Assembly: GCA_031389585.1 (NCBI GenBank)
Contig: JANMSS010000027.1
Location: 1 to 56,214 of the forward strand
Origin: Burkholderiales bacterium
GTDB taxonomy: Bacteria; Pseudomonadota; Gammaproteobacteria; Burkholderiales; Burkholderiaceae_C
Length of the DNA: 56,214 bases
Direction of reading: 5' to 3'
The notes beneath the pieces are model-generated. The model searched no databases. It saw only the letters and a program-made list of their open reading frames with translations, and had not been told where the DNA came from. The stretch's first letter is position 1, and each line of letters begins with the position of its first letter. The position numbers and the translations under genes are program-made. Positions 37,993-50,071 of this stretch are shown one piece after another.

Positions 37993-38066
37993 GTCCGCAA
38001 GGCAAACACGACTCATTCGCATTCATAGCGCTATACTCCAGGCCACCCAACGACCAGGAGACACAC

Positions 38067-39104
38067 TTGTCATTGCCCCACAAAGCCATGGCCGCGGCCA
38101 TTTGCTTGGCCATCGGAACCGCCGCAAACGCCCAACCCTCTGTCCTGAACCTCTACTCGGCGCGCCACTACCAGACCGACGAGGCGCTGTACGACAACTT
38201 CAGCAAGGCGACCGGCATCAAGATCAACCGCGTCGATGCCGACGACGCGGGCATCCTCGCCAGGCTGGGCACCGAGGGCAGCGCCAGCCCGGCCGATGTG
38301 ATTCTCCTGGTTGATGCCGCACGTCTGTGGCGTGCCGAGGTGGATGGCCTTTTCCAGCCAGTCAAGAGCCAGATCCTCGAATCGCGTGTGCCGCCGCAAC
38401 TGCGTGGCAAGGACGGAGGCCAGGGCTCGCAATGGTTTGGTTTGTCCACGCGCGCCCGGGTCGTCGTGTTCAACAAGACCAGCGTCAAACGCGAAGACGT
38501 CGATACGTACGAGGAACTGGCCGAACCAAAGAACAAGGGTCGGCTGTGCACACGCTCGGGCTCACATCCCTACAACCTGTCGCTGTTTGGCGCAATGCAC
38601 GAGCATCTGGGCGCCGTTGCCACCGAGGCTTGGCTGAAAGGCCTGGTCGCGAATATGGTCCGCGCGCCCAAGGGCGGAGATACGGACCAGATTCGGGCTG
38701 TCGCTAGTGGAGAATGTAGCGTCGCGCTGACCAATACGTATTACCTGGCCCGCTTGATGCGGTCGGAGAAACAAGAGGACAAGGCGGTGCTGGACAAGGT
38801 CGCGGTGGTGTTTCCAAATCAGGCAACATTCGGCACCCACGTGAACATTGCCGGCGCGGCAATTGCGCGACATGCCAAGAATCGAGACGCAGCTCAACGA
38901 TTCCTGGAATACCTGGTCGGCGAACAGGCGCAGGCCTACTTTGCCGATGGCAATAACGAATGGCCCGTTGTTGCGGGTGTCAAAGTCGCCAATCCGGCGC
39001 TGCAGACGATGGGCTCATTCAAAAGGGAAACTATCCCGATCTCGAGGGTTGGTATGAATCAGATCCAGATCCAACAGATGCTTGACCGCGTCGGTTATAA
39101 GTAG
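38067..39104 (+). CDS. Fe(3+)-type ABC transporter substrate-binding protein (FbpA/AfuA-like), orphan
   Basis: Signal peptide, then LNLYSARHYQTDEALYDNFSKATGIKIN, which is typical of ferric-binding proteins. AGGAGA sits 6 nt before the TTG at 38067. The ATG at 38088 is an alternative start. No permease or ATPase gene is adjacent. Confidence 0.75.
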   Translation: MSLPHKAMAAAICLAIGTAANAQPSVLNLYSARHYQTDEALYDNFSKATGIKINRVDADDAGILARLGTEGSASPADVILLVDAARLWRAEVDGLFQPVKSQILESRVPPQLRGKDGGQGSQWFGLSTRARVVVFNKTSVKREDVDTYEELAEPKNKGRLCTRSGSHPYNLSLFGAMHEHLGAVATEAWLKGLVANMVRAPKGGDTDQIRAVASGECSVALTNTYYLARLMRSEKQEDKAVLDKVAVVFPNQATFGTHVNIAGAAIARHAKNRDAAQRFLEYLVGEQAQAYFADGNNEWPVVAGVKVANPALQTMGSFKRETIPISRVGMNQIQIQQMLDRVGYK

Positions 39105-39160
39105 ATTTCTGACAGCGGGTGTTATATTCCAGCGATCCATCGCCTCAAAGGACGAAGATC

Positions 39161-39460
39161 ATGGCAAATTTGACGGAGCTGCTGGCGCAGAAAGCCGCAC
39201 TCGAGAAACAGATTGCGCAAACTCAACGCGAAGAGCGGCAAACCGCCATTACTCAAATCAAGACGCTGATGGCCGAGTATGGCCTTGTGGCGGCGGACTT
39301 GAGTGCACGCGCGGCGAAGAAGGCACGCGTCGGCACCAAGGTCGCGGCCAAGTACCGCAACAAAGCTACTGGCGAAGCCTGGAGCGGGCGCGGTTTGCAG
39401 CCGCGTTGGCTCAAGGCTGCATTGGCCGCGGGCAGGAAACTGACTGACTTCGCCGTTTGA
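39161..39460 (+). CDS. H-NS-family nucleoid-associated protein (Bv3F/BpH3-like)
   Basis: 99 aa with an N-terminal coiled coil and the C-terminal DNA-binding motif YRNKATGEAWSGRGLQPRWL. It lies in a local GC trough. Confidence 0.8.
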   Translation: MANLTELLAQKAALEKQIAQTQREERQTAITQIKTLMAEYGLVAADLSARAAKKARVGTKVAAKYRNKATGEAWSGRGLQPRWLKAALAAGRKLTDFAV

Positions 39461-39472
39461 AGGCAGGCACCC

Positions 39473-40252
39473 TCACTCAAACCGCGATTCGGTCACACCA
39501 ACCGTCACTGCACTGACGGACTTGAAACGCCAAGCGGCGACGGCCGCTCTCGCAGCTTCGTTCAAGCCTGAGTGGCTGCTTTTGGCGATGGCCGTGGATC
39601 CCACGCTGCCATCAGGTTGTACGTCGAAGATCACGAGCACCGATCCCTGACCCAGGCGGCGAATCAGGTGGCTGGGGAACGTCGGGTCGACACCGGACAC
39701 CAGCACCAAGACGTTGGCCGCGGGCAGCAGCGCCGCGGCCGACTTGACCGGATCGCCGAGCGTCGACGCAGACGACGCAAGTTGTTGCATCGCGAGCGTC
39801 GTATCCAGTGCAGGCGCGGCGGGCGACACGGTGAGTGCGGGCGGCGGCAACACAATCTTGGCCGCGCGATCGGCCTGCATGACACACCGTGCCGCGGACT
39901 CGGAAGGCGCAGCTACCGCTGCCGTGAGTACCGCGCTCGCCCCGTTGCCCGGCTGCGGCGTTAAGACAGATGCCTGTGGTAGTGGCTGCGACGTTGTCGC
40001 CGGCGTGGTGACCGCCGTCGCCTTTCGTGGCTTGTCGGCGTGCATCCGGATCAATTCGTAGACCTTGTCGGCGTCTCGCTTGGCTCGTTCGGAGGGCGCC
40101 TCCGCGGTCGCGGGAGGACTGCTCTGTGCATGAACTCGCTCAGGTACTCCCAGGCAGGCAATCACAAGGCCAAGTGCCAAGATCGCCAGTCGCTGTCGAT
40201 TGATCCGCGGGCGGGGAGTGGCGGGCGGAAGTTGCACACTGCAGGTGGGCAT
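39473..40252 (-). CDS. TonB C-terminal domain protein
   Basis: N-terminal TM (LAILALGLVIACLG), a low-complexity linker and a TonB_C-like end (DPTFPSHLIRRLGQGSVLVIFDVQPDGSV...LNEAARAAVAAWRF). The ATG at 40252 is chosen. No exbB or exbD gene is nearby. Confidence 0.65.
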   Translation of the reverse strand: MPTCSVQLPPATPRPRINRQRLAILALGLVIACLGVPERVHAQSSPPATAEAPSERAKRDADKVYELIRMHADKPRKATAVTTPATTSQPLPQASVLTPQPGNGASAVLTAAVAAPSESAARCVMQADRAAKIVLPPPALTVSPAAPALDTTLAMQQLASSASTLGDPVKSAAALLPAANVLVLVSGVDPTFPSHLIRRLGQGSVLVIFDVQPDGSVGSTAIAKSSHSGLNEAARAAVAAWRFKSVSAVTVGVTESRFE

Positions 40253-40427
40253 GGCAATCCTGTCGGCGCGTGGTGGACGGGCATCGAGTGCAGCGCCTGC
40301 ACACTGCTTGTGGCGGCGTGCAAGAGCCCGCGGGCAGTGTCGGCATTGCCTTGAGCGGCAAGGGTGTGTAAGCCTCCCCGCGATCGTGAAAGACTGCATG
40401 CGCACTCTCTTTCGCTAGACTCGCTCG

Positions 40428-42257
40428 ATGATTCCACCGGGCTTTGTTGCCGAATTGCTTTCGCGCGTCGACATCGCCGATGTGGTGGGCCGCCATGTGC
40501 ACCTGAAAAAGGGCGGCGCCAATCTGATGGGCCTTTGCCCGTTTCATGGCGAAAAGTCTCCGAGTTTTTCGGTCAGCCCGAGCAAGCAGTTCTACTACTG
40601 CTTCGGCTGCGGCGCTTCGGGCGACGCGATTCGATTCATGACTGAGCACACCGGCGCGAGCTTTCGCGATGCGGTGGCGGATCTGGCACAGCAAGTCGGA
40701 CTCACAGTGCCGGACGACTCGCGTACTGACCAAGAACGGCAGCACGCCGTCCAGGCCAAGGCCCGCCAGGCCACGCTGACCGATGTGCTGGCGCGTGCAG
40801 GTGAACACTACCGCGGGCAACTCAAGTCCAGCCCGCGGGCGGTCGACTACCTCAAAGGACGCGGCTTGACCGGGGAAGTCGCTTCACGCTTCGGCATTGG
40901 CTATGCGCCCGAGGGCTGGCGGCCACTGGCCAGCGCCTTCGCGAAGTACGACGACCCGCTGCTGATCGAGGCGGGCCTGGTTATCGTGCACGGCGAATCC
41001 GATGCGCATCAGAAGCGCTATGACCGCTTTCGCGACCGCATCATGTTCCCGATCCGTTCGGTGCAGGGAGAGACGATCGGCTTTGGTGGCCGCGTACTCG
41101 ATCGCAGCGAGCCCAAGTACCTCAATTCGCCCGAGACACCGCTGTTTGTCAAGGGTCGCGAGTTGTACGGATTGTTCGAGTCGCGAGGCGGCATGCGCAC
41201 GCGCGGCTACGCACTGGTCGTCGAAGGCTACATGGACGTCGTGGCCCTTGCGCAATCGGGGTTCGACAATGCGGTGGCCACGCTGGGTACCGCATGCACC
41301 GATGAGCATGTGCGCAAGCTGTTCCGTTTCACCGAGTCGGTGGTTTTCAGCTTCGACGGCGACGCCGCAGGACAGCGTGCGGCGACTCGCGCCCTTGAAG
41401 CCGCGCTGCCGCATGTCACAGACCTGCGGTCGATACGCTTCTTGTTCCTCCCACCCGAGCACGACCCCGACTCGTTCGTCAGGGCCGAGGGCGCTGCCGC
41501 GTTCGAACGTTTGGTCGCACGAGCCGCACCGCTGTCACGCCAACTGGTCCAGGTGGCGCGCGACGACTGTGACCTTGGCACGCCCGAAGGACGGGCGCGC
41601 TTTATCACGCAGGCCAAGCCGCTATGGGGTGCACTGCCAGAGGGCGCCTTGAAGCGCCAGATGCTGGCCGAAATTACCCGCATCGCGGGGCTACCGGAAG
41701 GTGAGTTGCAAGCTCAATGGGCGACGCCTTCAGTCGAGCGCGCACCGGCTGGACACGGCGCGCGCAGCGCGACAGGCCGAGCGCCGGCACGCGGAGGCAG
41801 CCATGCCACGACGCGCCACGCACCACGACGACCGGAGGACCGTATCGTGCAATTGCTGCTCACGCAGTCCACCTGGTGGGATCGGCTCACCGCCGAGGAT
41901 CATGATCTGTTGCATGGCCTGCCGGCGCCGTATGGCGAGCTGATTGCCTGGTTGGAGAGCGACCTGACAGAGCATGGCCCGCGCCCTTGGGCGGCGCTGC
42001 GGGCGGCGCTGGGAGCCAATCAGCTGTTGCAAGACGCAGTCGCTAATTGGGCTGGCGACAGCGACAGCGAAGATGACTTCTCGGACCTGCGCCGCCTGCT
42101 CGACGGCCGCCTGCTGGAAGCACTCGCAGAGCAGCAGCGTGAATTGGCGCACGCCGTGACGGGGGATCCTGCGGCGCGGGAGACTTTTCAGCGTCTCTTC
42201 GAGCGCATGCGTCAGCTTAAGCAGCGCCTTGGCCCGGGGGGTGAGTCTTCGCCGTGA
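40428..42257 (+). CDS. dnaG: DNA primase
   Basis: Zinc ribbon CPFHGEKSPSFSVSPSKQFYYCFGCGASGD, the RNA polymerase/Toprim core (EGYMDV, FDGDAAGQRA) and a C-terminal DnaB-binding region. Confidence 0.93.
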   Translation: MIPPGFVAELLSRVDIADVVGRHVHLKKGGANLMGLCPFHGEKSPSFSVSPSKQFYYCFGCGASGDAIRFMTEHTGASFRDAVADLAQQVGLTVPDDSRTDQERQHAVQAKARQATLTDVLARAGEHYRGQLKSSPRAVDYLKGRGLTGEVASRFGIGYAPEGWRPLASAFAKYDDPLLIEAGLVIVHGESDAHQKRYDRFRDRIMFPIRSVQGETIGFGGRVLDRSEPKYLNSPETPLFVKGRELYGLFESRGGMRTRGYALVVEGYMDVVALAQSGFDNAVATLGTACTDEHVRKLFRFTESVVFSFDGDAAGQRAATRALEAALPHVTDLRSIRFLFLPPEHDPDSFVRAEGAAAFERLVARAAPLSRQLVQVARDDCDLGTPEGRARFITQAKPLWGALPEGALKRQMLAEITRIAGLPEGELQAQWATPSVERAPAGHGARSATGRAPARGGSHATTRHAPRRPEDRIVQLLLTQSTWWDRLTAEDHDLLHGLPAPYGELIAWLESDLTEHGPRPWAALRAALGANQLLQDAVANWAGDSDSEDDFSDLRRLLDGRLLEALAEQQRELAHAVTGDPAARETFQRLFERMRQLKQRLGPGGESSP

Positions 42258-42590
42258 CGCGCTGCCTTTGACGCTGGGCACGGCTTCGACGATAATTAGC
42301 GGTTTGTTGTTGCGACGGCAAGAGTAACAGCAGCACCTCCGGGCCCCGGCCACCCGCGACACGGGTACACAAACAGGCCAACCTCACCCGCAAGGACTGC
42401 CCCGCCAATACGTAACTCCAGCTTGCCCGCTGGACGTGCCCGACCTGCCCGATCGGTTCAGCCGCAGCATGTCGCGCTGCCTGCCACGCGACCTTCAGCG
42501 ACTGCTGCCGTGTCGAGTCAGGCTGGTCGTTCGGCGTGCAGACAATGCCAATCACCGAGAGTCGCTCCGAGACCGCCAGCGAGGATCCGC

Positions 42591-44828
<2,238 letters not shown>

Positions 44829-44834
44829 CGCGGT

Positions 44835-45794
44835 ATGACCCGCATCGCCGAACGGACAGTGTTGTTTGCCGACCTGCGCGGCAGCACGTCGCTGTTCGAG
44901 CGGCTCGGCAACGCAGAGGCCACCTCGGTGATCACGCACACCGTGACCGAGCTGGCCAAGAGCGTGGCAGAGCGCGGTGGCCAGGTGGTCAAGACCCTGG
45001 GTGACGGCCTGATGGCCGTGTTCGAAGCCTCAGAGCCTGCCGCCCAGGCTGCTGGCCAGATGCAGGAAACACTCGAGAGACTGGTTACCCGCGGCAACGA
45101 GCGCGGAGCCTCTGCGGGCCTGCGTGCGTTGCGCCTACAGGTGGCGCTGGCGCGCGGCGAGATCGTCGAGATGGGCGGTGACTGTTTCGGCGACGCGGTC
45201 AACGTCGCGGCGCGTCTGCTCGATCATGCGGGCGACAACGAAACCCTGCTGACGGACGAAGTGTTTGCCGGCCTGCCGCGTGAGCAGCAGCTGCGTTTTC
45301 GCAGCCTTGACTGGATGCACCTGCGCGGCCGCACCGAGCCAGTCCATGTTCACCTGCTTGGCGGCAGGCGCCCAAGCACCGATGCGGTGGCCACAGCTTT
45401 CGGTGCAGTCGCACCTTCGGCCGAACCCGACGGCATCCGCTTGGTCTGGCAAAGGGCGAACCGCGTTTATTCCTGCCTGCGCATGCCGGTGGTTCTCGGG
45501 CGCAGCCCGCAGACTGCGTTCTGTGTCGACGACTCACGCGTCTCGCGCCAGCATGCGCGCCTGGATTGGCATGGTGGCGTGTTCTCGCTGGCTGATCTCA
45601 GCTACAACGGCACCTACGTTCGCTTTGCCAGCGAAGAAGAAGTCGTCAGTCTGCGACGGGGTACCTGCACCTTGCACGGAAGCGGTGTGATCGGACTCGG
45701 CGGCTCGCCGGCCGATCCGACCTCCGCCACCGTGCGCTTTGAGGTCGTGCATCTGGCCGACACCCAGCCCCACGATCCCGCCGATCTGGAGTGA
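44835..45794 (+). CDS. Class III adenylate/guanylate cyclase domain fused to an FHA domain
   Basis: The N-terminal cyclase homology domain contains VLFADLRGSTSLF, VKTLGDGLMAVF and GDAVNVAARL. The C-terminal FHA domain contains VVLGRS, SRQHARL and SYNGTYV. The ATG lies 6 nt after the rpoD stop. Confidence 0.8.
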   Translation: MTRIAERTVLFADLRGSTSLFERLGNAEATSVITHTVTELAKSVAERGGQVVKTLGDGLMAVFEASEPAAQAAGQMQETLERLVTRGNERGASAGLRALRLQVALARGEIVEMGGDCFGDAVNVAARLLDHAGDNETLLTDEVFAGLPREQQLRFRSLDWMHLRGRTEPVHVHLLGGRRPSTDAVATAFGAVAPSAEPDGIRLVWQRANRVYSCLRMPVVLGRSPQTAFCVDDSRVSRQHARLDWHGGVFSLADLSYNGTYVRFASEEEVVSLRRGTCTLHGSGVIGLGGSPADPTSATVRFEVVHLADTQPHDPADLE

Positions 45795-45843
45795 TTGCGC
45801 GTCGCGCGGGTAGTGTGGCGGGCATGGCTGACAATGCGCGGCC

Positions 45844-46944
45844 ATGAGTTACCAACCCGAACCCACCCTGCCCCATGGCACCCCGCAGTGCACGGCCGTG
45901 CTGTTGGTCAACCTGGGCACGCCCGACGCAGCGACGCCCGCAGCGGTTCGCCGTTACCTGCGTGAATTCCTCAGCGATCCACGCGTGGTCGAGATCCCAC
46001 GCGTCCTGTGGTGGTTGATCCTGCACGCCGTCGTCCTGCGCGTGCGACCAGCGAAGTCGGCGGCGAAGTACGCGCGCATCTGGACGGCAGAGGGTTCGCC
46101 GCTGTCCATCTGGACAACCAAGCAAGCCGCGCTGCTCAAGGGCTATCTGGGCGAACGCGGCCATCCACCCTCGGCGCTGCAGGTGCGCCATGCCATGCGC
46201 TACGGCAACCCATCGATCACCCAGGTCCTCGACGAGCTCAAGGCCGACAACACGACGCGCATTCTGGTGCTGCCGCTGTACCCCCAGTATGCGGCAGCCA
46301 CTACGGCCAGTGTCAACGACGCGGTGATGGCGTGGATGGTTCGGCAGCGGCGCCAGCCGGAACTGCGGCTGGTGAGCCACTACCACGACGACGCCGGCTA
46401 CATCGACGCGCTGGTGCAGCGTGTGCGCAGCCATTGGATGACACATGGACGCGGCGAGCGCCTCGTGCTGAGCTTTCACGGCGTGCCGGAGCGCTCGCTG
46501 AAACTGGGTGACCCGTACCACTGCGAGTGCCATGTCACCGCGCGCATGCTCGGCGAACGCTTGGGCCTGGCCACGGGCGAGTTGCAAGTGACTTTTCAGA
46601 GCCGTTTTGGCAGAGCCAAGTGGCTGACGCCCTACACCGAGCCCACGCTCGTGAGCCTGGCGGCGCAGGGCATCAAACGCGTTGACGTGATGTGCCCGGG
46701 ATTCGCTGCCGACTGCCTGGAGACGCTGGAAGAGATTGACCAGGAAACGCGCGCGGCCTTCATGGCCGCGGGCGGGCATGCCTTTCACTACATCCCGTGC
46801 CTCAACGATCAGCACGAATGGATCGCCGCGCTGTCCGCGATCGCATTGCGTCACTTGCAAGGCTGGCCGACGAGCAGCGAACCCGCTGCCAACGAACTCT
46901 CAGCGCAACGCAACCGCGCGCTGGCGATGGGCGCTGGAAGCTGA
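45844..46944 (+). CDS. hemH: Ferrochelatase
   Basis: LLVNLGTPDA, YLREFLSDPRVVEIPR, LPLYPQY, SFHGVP, RFGRAKWL.PYT and CLETLEEI motifs are present. Confidence 0.92.
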   Translation: MSYQPEPTLPHGTPQCTAVLLVNLGTPDAATPAAVRRYLREFLSDPRVVEIPRVLWWLILHAVVLRVRPAKSAAKYARIWTAEGSPLSIWTTKQAALLKGYLGERGHPPSALQVRHAMRYGNPSITQVLDELKADNTTRILVLPLYPQYAAATTASVNDAVMAWMVRQRRQPELRLVSHYHDDAGYIDALVQRVRSHWMTHGRGERLVLSFHGVPERSLKLGDPYHCECHVTARMLGERLGLATGELQVTFQSRFGRAKWLTPYTEPTLVSLAAQGIKRVDVMCPGFAADCLETLEEIDQETRAAFMAAGGHAFHYIPCLNDQHEWIAALSAIALRHLQGWPTSSEPAANELSAQRNRALAMGAGS

Positions 46945-46952
46945 CCCTGCGG

Positions 46953-48452
46953 TCAGCCTGCGCTGCGCAGGCGACGCCTCAGGGCAGCCAGTCGTGGCAG
47001 CACCAACACCGCGAGTGACACGGTCAGCAGAAACGCCGACATCGGCCGCTCCAGAAAGACTGTCCAGTGGCCTTCACCGATCGACAGCGCATTGCGCATC
47101 TGCGCCTCAGCCAACGGACCGAGGATGAGGCCGACGATCACCGGTGCGGTCGGGAAATCGAAGCGCCGCATCAGCACGCCCAGCAGCCCGACGCCGTACA
47201 TAAGGTAGAGGTCGAACGCGCTCTGGCGCATGCCGTAGACGCCGACCGTGGCGAAGATCAGGATGCCGGCATACAGCTGCGGGCGCGGGATCTTCAGCAG
47301 CTTGACCCACAAACCCACCAGCGGCAGGTTCAACACCAGCAGCATCACATTGCCTATGTACAACGAGGCGATCAGCGCCCAGACCAGACCGGACGAGGTC
47401 TGGAACAACTGCGGGCCGGCATTGATGCCGTAGTTCTGCAGCGCAGACAGCAGGATGGCCGCGGTCACTGACGTCGGTATCCCCAGGGTCAGCAGAGGCA
47501 CCAGCGTAGCGGTGACCGCGGCATTGTTGGCAGCCTCGGGCCCGGCCACGCCCTCGATCGCACCCGTTGTCCCGAACTCGCTCTGGTGCTTGGACAGCTT
47601 GCGTTCAGTGGCGTAGCTGACGAAGGTCGGAATCTCCGAGCCACCCGCCGGGATAGTGCCGAACGGAAAGCCGATCGCCGTACCGCGCAACCAGGCCGGC
47701 CAGGAACGCCGCCACTCGCTGCGCGTCATGTGCACCTTGCCCAAGGTATTCATCTGCGCCGTCAAGCGCCCTTCGTAGAGCGCGGTGTACAGGGTCTCGC
47801 CGACGGCGAACAGGCCGACCGCGATCAGCACAACCTCGAGGCCGTCGAAGAACTCCGGAATTCCGCCCGTGTAGCGGGTGGCGCCGCTGATCTGGTCAAT
47901 GCCCACCAAGCCCATGCCAATGCCCAGGAACAGCGCCGTCATGCCGCGCAGCACGCTCTTGCCGAGCACCGCGCTGACGGTCGTGAACGCCAACAGCATC
48001 AGGCAGAAGTACTCCGGCGGGCCCAGCAGGACCGCGTAGTTGGCGACAATGGGCGCGAACAGCGTGACGAGAATGGTTGCGATCGTGCCGGCAACAAACG
48101 AGCCAATCGCTGAGGTGGCCAATGCCGCGCCGGCGCGGCCACTCTTGGCCATCTTGAAGCCTTCGAGCGCGGTCACCATGGTGCCGGTCTCGCCCGGCGT
48201 GTTGAGCAGGATCGAGGTCGTCGAGCCGCCGTACATGGCGCCGTAGTAAATGCCGGCGAAAAATATCATTGACGCGGTGGGCTCGACCTGCGCCGTGATC
48301 GGCAGCAGCATGGCCACGGTCACTGCGGGGCCGAGCCCGGGTAAGACGCCGATGGCCGTGCCAAGCGCGCAGCCGATGAAGGCCCACATCAGGTTGATCG
48401 GCGTTCCGGCGGTGGCAAAACCGCCGGCGAGCAAGTTCAGAATGTCGCCCAT
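46953..48452 (-). CDS. tctA: Tripartite tricarboxylate transporter large permease TctA
   Basis: 499-aa polytopic membrane protein with TctA-family motifs ([25 protein letters not shown]). Confidence 0.85.
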   Translation of the reverse strand: MGDILNLLAGGFATAGTPINLMWAFIGCALGTAIGVLPGLGPAVTVAMLLPITAQVEPTASMIFFAGIYYGAMYGGSTTSILLNTPGETGTMVTALEGFKMAKSGRAGAALATSAIGSFVAGTIATILVTLFAPIVANYAVLLGPPEYFCLMLLAFTTVSAVLGKSVLRGMTALFLGIGMGLVGIDQISGATRYTGGIPEFFDGLEVVLIAVGLFAVGETLYTALYEGRLTAQMNTLGKVHMTRSEWRRSWPAWLRGTAIGFPFGTIPAGGSEIPTFVSYATERKLSKHQSEFGTTGAIEGVAGPEAANNAAVTATLVPLLTLGIPTSVTAAILLSALQNYGINAGPQLFQTSSGLVWALIASLYIGNVMLLVLNLPLVGLWVKLLKIPRPQLYAGILIFATVGVYGMRQSAFDLYLMYGVGLLGVLMRRFDFPTAPVIVGLILGPLAEAQMRNALSIGEGHWTVFLERPMSAFLLTVSLAVLVLPRLAALRRRLRSAG

Positions 48453-48469
48453 CGCCTATGCGGCCCGCC

Positions 48470-48982
48470 TCAGATCCAGCCCGTGGCCGTCAGGCCGGGC
48501 AAGTTGATCGCCAGCACCTTGGTGAACAACCAGAATGCCGGTGCCGCAATCAGCATGCCGGTCACAGCGTCGATCAGGGTCTGGCGTGGGCCACCCGCCG
48601 GGCGTCCTTCGGACAAACGCAGGCCGCGCACGGCCAGCGTGAAACACAGCGCACAACTGAGTACGAAGCCGGCGCTGGTGAGCAAGGCGGCATTGGCCAG
48701 GATGCCAGCCGACACCCAGGCCATCGCCCGCCAGTCGCCGCGCGCGGCGCCGGAACCCTGCTCGAGATCGCGGAACCCGCCGCTGCGCGCATGCCAGATC
48801 AGCAACGCGCCACACAGCAGCAGCACACTCGCGACGACCCACGGCAACACGGCCGGTCCGACGCCGGAGTAACCGATGCCGGCGGGCAGCGACGTGGCGC
48901 CCCAGGCCAGAACCCCACCGATCACGAGCGCCCCGACGCCAATCAGCGTCTGATAGGTCGCAGAGGCCGACGAGTGGCTCAC
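48470..48982 (-). CDS. tctB: Tripartite tricarboxylate transporter small subunit TctB
   Basis: 170-aa protein with four TM segments, located between tctC and tctA. Confidence 0.75.
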   Translation of the reverse strand: MSHSSASATYQTLIGVGALVIGGVLAWGATSLPAGIGYSGVGPAVLPWVVASVLLLCGALLIWHARSGGFRDLEQGSGAARGDWRAMAWVSAGILANAALLTSAGFVLSCALCFTLAVRGLRLSEGRPAGGPRQTLIDAVTGMLIAAPAFWLFTKVLAINLPGLTATGWI

Positions 48983-48992
48983 GCGATCCGGC

Positions 48993-49952
48993 TCAGATCA
49001 TGCCGGACTTGACCATCGTCGCGCGCAGGCTGGCGAACTCGGAGTCGACGAAGTCCTCGAAGGGCTTGCCCGACATCAATGCCGGGGTCCAGTTGTTCTT
49101 CTCCAAGGCCTCGGTCCATGCCTTGGACTTGGTCGCCGCGATCACCAGATCGGTCAAGGCTTTGCGCTGCGCGTCGGTGATGCCTGGGGCCGCATAAACA
49201 CCGCGCCAGTTGCCGATCACGACATTGATGCCCTGCTCCTTCAACGTCGGGATCGCAATGCCCTTCAGGCGCACCTCGGACGTGACACCGATCGGCTTCA
49301 TCTTGCCGGCCACGATGTACTGCTGGAACTCGCTGTAGCCGCTGCCACCGACCGTGACGTTGCCGCCCAGAATGGCGGCGGTGGCCTCGCCGCCGCCACG
49401 GAAGGGCACATAGTTGATCTTGGATGCATCCACGCCCACCTCGCGCGCAATCATGGCCGCAGCGATGTGCTCGGTGGAGCCGCGCGAACCGCCACCCCAC
49501 TTGACACTGGCCGGATCTTTCTTCATCGCCTCGACCACGTCCTTCATGGTCTTGAAGGGCGAACTCTCGGGTAGCACGAAGACGTTGTACTCGCTGGTCA
49601 GGCGGGCGATCGGCGTCGCCTGGGTGATCGTCACCGGTGGCTTGGCGGTGATGATGCCGCCCAGCATCACGGCGCCCATCACCATCAGCGCGTTCGGATC
49701 ACCCTTGGCCGAGTTCACGAACTGCGCCAGGCCAATCGCGCCCGCGGCGCCGCCCTTGTTCTCAAAGGTCATTGACGAAGCCAGGCCGGCGTCCTGCAGG
49801 GCCTTGCCGAGTGCGCGCCCGGTCGTGTCCCAGCCGCCGCCCGGATTGGCAGGGATCATCATCTTCAGGTTGGCAGCGGCGCGCGCTGTGAGCGGCAATG
49901 TACCGGCGGCGGCCAGAGCGGCCAGGGTTTTCAAAAAGGTGTCGCGACGCAT
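48993..49952 (-). CDS. tctC: Bug-family (TctC) tripartite tricarboxylate transporter substrate-binding protein
   Basis: Tat-like signal MRRDTFLKTLAALAAAG, then Bug-family motifs (NKGGAAGAIG, VPFRGGGEA). AGGAGA lies upstream of the ATG at 49952. Confidence 0.85.
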   Translation of the reverse strand: MRRDTFLKTLAALAAAGTLPLTARAAANLKMMIPANPGGGWDTTGRALGKALQDAGLASSMTFENKGGAAGAIGLAQFVNSAKGDPNALMVMGAVMLGGIITAKPPVTITQATPIARLTSEYNVFVLPESSPFKTMKDVVEAMKKDPASVKWGGGSRGSTEHIAAAMIAREVGVDASKINYVPFRGGGEATAAILGGNVTVGGSGYSEFQQYIVAGKMKPIGVTSEVRLKGIAIPTLKEQGINVVIGNWRGVYAAPGITDAQRKALTDLVIAATKSKAWTEALEKNNWTPALMSGKPFEDFVDSEFASLRATMVKSGMI

Positions 49953-50071
49953 GGCAATCTCTCCTGGAATCATGTGTGGGGTCCACGCCAATCATGCCGC
50001 ACAGTCGCACCGTCGGTCGGTGGCAATCACCTAGGACAAGTGCGGATGCCCGACTGTCGATAATCGACCCC

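Noticed and set aside
37993-38066. A Fur box upstream of the FbpA-like gene. The region contains the CATTCGCATTCAT repeat and a TATACT -10-like hexamer at 38032-38037.
   Set aside because: Similarity to the 19-bp Fur consensus GATAATGATAATCATTATC is weak, and no matching -35 is present. This cannot be supported without a position-weight-matrix scan.
42258-42590. The 333-bp dnaG-rpoD intergenic region, the largest non-coding stretch in the window, examined for an sRNA, a leader peptide or a heat-shock promoter.
   Set aside because: I found no convincing sigma-70 or sigma-32 hexamer pair, no terminator-like hairpin and no conserved RNA motif that I recognise. It probably holds rpoD promoters and a processing region, but I cannot place them from the sequence alone.
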